Assembly (NCBI RefSeq): GCF_018350175.1
Contig: NC_058368.1
Coordinates: forward strand, 172,114,001 to 172,178,000
Direction: 5' to 3'
Origin: Felis catus
Taxonomy: Eukaryota
Length of the DNA: 64,000 bases
Part shown: positions 60,711 through 64,000 of the stretch, one piece after another
Layout: each line of letters begins with the position of its first letter
How positions within the stretch are numbered: the stretch's first letter is position 1
Position numbers and translations under genes: made by a program
Notes under the pieces: model-generated
Database searches by the model: none
Told to the model about the DNA's origin: nothing
The model's input: the letters and a program-made list of their open reading frames with translations, nothing else

Positions 60711-63700
60711 TGGAGTTTTTTTTTTAAATTCTATATCAAATAACACAAAGTAGCTATTTTACAGCAGCTAAAACTAAAGGCATCTGGAAACATTTAAAGC
60801 ATACAAGTGAAGAATCTAAAAAATTACAAGGTATAGTACAGTGTTAAGTGGAAACTTTAAAATGAGACTCAGTACAAACAGTAGAACAATACTGACAAAT
60901 GCAAACTTAGTCACATGTGCTTTAATAACTGACAGTACATTCAAGCAGGTTTTTCTAATTCAAGTGGTTTAAAAAGCACATTTTCAAATAGGAAACTGAA
61001 ATCTCATGCAAAGTAAATAAGTCTTGATAATATGTCAAGAAACTGATTAGAAATAGAAAAGTGAACATTTCATTATCTTTGCATTAGGTTCAAACAAAAG
61101 CAGATTCTCATTAGGGGCTCTCACTTGGCAGTCCTGACAGGAACACTCTCCGTGAATTCTAGGAGTTCTACAAACAGAACATTTTCTACATGGATTTGAT
61201 TTGCAAAAAGTGCCAAAGTGAACAGTACAGCAAGAACTACCTAAAGGCAGGTCATCTGTGTGAATGGAGGGTGAGAATTCTGTATATAGCTTGCTTTATT
61301 CTGCTGAGCTGGGATTTCAAATGATTAGTGGGTGATTTGTAGCAACCTTGACTATGGAAAAAATCAAGTCAAGGGTATGGTTAGGGTCTGGTTATTCCAG
61401 TAGCAGTTGCTGTTACTGGGCAATGATTTCTTGGTCATATGTAAGATCTTAGATGCAATGTGATAAGAGAATTTATCAGATATTAATCACAAATGCAACC
61501 ATTGTCTATGTGAAACTGTCTTCCTCTGTACAGGAATTGGTAAAATGAGAACGCATGTATAGCTGCTTTTCAGCTTGTACCTTTTTCACTTGTTTATATT
61601 TTAATAGCCATGGAATGCTCAGTGATGATACGGTGGCAGCAGCCACCATCATTAATAGTTCTTTTTCCAATTCTAAAAAGTCCATGCTTGGCAGCCTAAG
61701 GCATGTCTCTATTAGTGAGTCACATGAAATTAACTAGAAAGTAACTTCAAGTGTGTGAAATGGGGAACTTGAGAAGGCCACAGAGTCAGCACTCACTTGA
61801 GCCCGGCTGACATGAACACAGGTTTCAGCGACCCAGAAGAGGATTTGGATAAACTTCAGTAAGAACTGTGTGTGCAGCAGGTAGAGTTTGCAAGCCTCAG
61901 TGAGAGGTGATGATTGTGTCAAATAGGCCATTGGACTGGATAAATAAAAAAACATTTGTTTTTTTTTTTTTTGGAGATTTTAAAAATACTATTCTACAAA
62001 GCTGTCATTTCAGAAAAAAACCTCCCAAAATGTTGCTTCTGCTCCCTTCCCTCCCAAAATGCCTTGGCAGCCCTATGACTGCACCCTGTTGAATTCAGTG
62101 AAATTTCACTCTTCAGGTGATTCTTTCCGTTTGGGTCTCTGCTGCATCTAGAAATGTACGTACAGCTGTAAACTAAGTGAACATGATCTTTGCACTTTCT
62201 GCAGTTTCACAGATGAGACCTAACTCCCCGTTAGGCATTTGCAAATGGCTTTAAGTTTTATGGATCCTTAGGATTTCCGTAAGTCATTAATAAAAGCTTT
62301 GGTCATTTTCTGTACTCCTGATGTCTCTTCTCACTACTTTACTTAGAACATGAACATGATATTCCAAACACGTGAGAGCTTTGAGTTAGGTAATTGATAG
62401 AATTAAGAATCTTTAGGTTACTATAGAGGTTCTTAAATTCATGCCATTGACAGACTCCAGTCCAGATGAGCTAAAACTATGGGATGTTTTTTTTTTTTTT
62501 TCCTTCATTTAGAATAACATAATTGCATCTATATGTAGGTGGGAATTAGGAGATCTTCAAATAGTTTCAAGTTTTTCTTAGAGCAGTAAAATCCTTACTA
62601 GCCTCATCCTAACAGTTTTTGAGAAAAAAATCGCATTGGGTCTAATTGGGACTGCCTTTCTGGAGTAGAATGTCAAGGCTCTAATTAAGTTCTCTGAGAT
62701 CCCTGTAGAAAGTACTGACGCAGGCTCAGAGGAGGACTTAGCAACAGGTGCATGCATCTCCAAGGAGAATTAAGCAATTATGTTTAACTGGCACTTAATT
62801 TTTTTATTAACTGAACATTCCAGTTTCAGGCAACATGGATATTAACTTCAGGAACTTGACATGCTTGCAGATGAGAGCGAATATGAAACAGTTAATTACC
62901 TGCATTGGCAGTGATGAAACATCTAGTGTATACCGCTGGGACTGGAGCATGAGCTGGAGGAAGGGCATGAGAAATCTCACCTGTCTGATCACACAAGATA
63001 CTTAATCATAAATAACTTCTGGTATGTCTCAAAGAGGAATCTTCCCACCTGCAAGTCCATTGAAGTTCTGGCAGCTGGTGCAGATGGGGTTTGGCAGAAC
63101 ATCAGATCAGTTGGCGGGCCCACACATGGATGCCGCTCCAGCCACAGACTGCAGTCTCTTTTGCCTGATTTTTGCCTTAATTCGGCAGTGGGAAATACAA
63201 CCCTAAGGAACTGTGAGATGGATCCTTTCTTCCTGTGCCTGTTTCTCTGAGAGCCAGAGACTGAATTCTGAACAGAGAAGGTGACTGCCTAAAAGGAGTA
63301 ACCACTGAGGAAGCCAGAAAACAAAAACATGAAAGTCAAATCTGTTTCATTGTTTACCTTTTATGGAGAGGTCAATAAACCAGCTTCTATTTAGAAAGAA
63401 AAACTCAGGTTTTCAGGCACCTGCAATTTTTTTACTTTTAATCAATGTGGTTTTAGTGGGACTCATGATTAGAATAAATCAGTGGCTCTTGGTTCACCTT
63501 CAACCAGCATCTTGTCTTAGGGAGTATTTGAAAAACACAAGGAAAGGAAATCAACTATTTAATTGCTTTTTTATTCCACACCTTTATAAAAGTAACAGTT
63601 TTCTGGGGAAATAGTTTGGATCTAGTCATCACATATTAAAAAGTATGATGTTGAAGGATAAACTCAAAGGAGACCAGGTAGGGTAATACTGGGCTTAAAA

Positions 63701-64000
63701 TGGAGGAGCTGAGACCTCCCGAGTCTGAAAGAGTTACATGACCCTATATGACTCACCTAAAAGAGTGAGTTCTCTTTTAACTTGGACCAAGAATGGTAGA
63801 CAGAGGTCAGCAGACGATTTTATTCCTGTGTCAGCTATATACTTTTCAGTGTTGGTGAAATTAAAACTTCTGATGCCTGTTCAGTCAACAGAAGAGCCAT
63901 GAGTGGTTTCCCACCCTGGACATCCCAATTGGCTAAGGGGAGGCCGTTTCCCCTAGGCAGACTGGAAAAATGGGGAAAACCAGCATTTTGCCTTTTAAAC

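Larger units (their letters stand above)
52221..60730 (+). other. DCP2: DCP2 long 3' UTR with alternative poly(A) sites
   Basis: AU-rich, with no SINE seen from 52221 to ~59990. AATAAA at 53751, 55290, 56755, 58420, 59490, 60563 and 60705. The true ends cannot be fixed from DNA alone. Confidence 0.7.
60635..64000 (-). other. MCC: Probable distal 3' UTR of MCC (convergent neighbour)
   Basis: No SINE seen; U-rich on the minus strand; begins at a minus-strand AATAAA. Gene identity is inferred only from my recollection of the tail-to-tail DCP2/MCC arrangement in human. Confidence 0.55.

Noticed and set aside
60365..64000. Short ORFs at the right end as MCC coding exons
   Set aside because: No recognisable MCC peptide or convincing exon structure; consistent with UTR only.

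Overview
Mammalian genomic DNA, almost certainly a felid, judged from about 38 tRNA-derived carnivore SINEs including young SINEC_Fc-type copies. The window holds one complete + strand gene, DCP2 (mRNA-decapping Nudix hydrolase). It has a CpG-island promoter at ~8.3-9.4 kb and 11 coding exons (8861-52220) that I assembled by hand into a 1269-nt CDS (422 aa + TGA). A long 3' UTR follows, running to ~59.5 or ~60.7 kb. The gene uses three splice classes: intron 2 is a U12-type AT-AC intron, intron 10 is GC-AG, the rest are GT-AG. The last ~3.3 kb is probably the 3' UTR of the convergent MCC gene; this rests on synteny recalled from human, as no MCC coding sequence is visible. Introns and upstream DNA are filled with SINEs, decayed L1s, solo LTRs and old DNA transposons. 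Nearly all ORFs in the supplied track are repeat-derived or chance. I see no new gene or new stand-alone system. The most interesting signal is a cluster of possible post-transcriptional controls around exons 1-3: a spliced overlapping uORF, an in-frame U2 bypass of the minor intron, and a poly(A) signal just inside the minor intron. Also notable are overlapping convergent poly(A) sites and a ~230-bp intronic duplication. Exon coordinates are exact to my reading. Repeat boundaries and family names are by-eye estimates.
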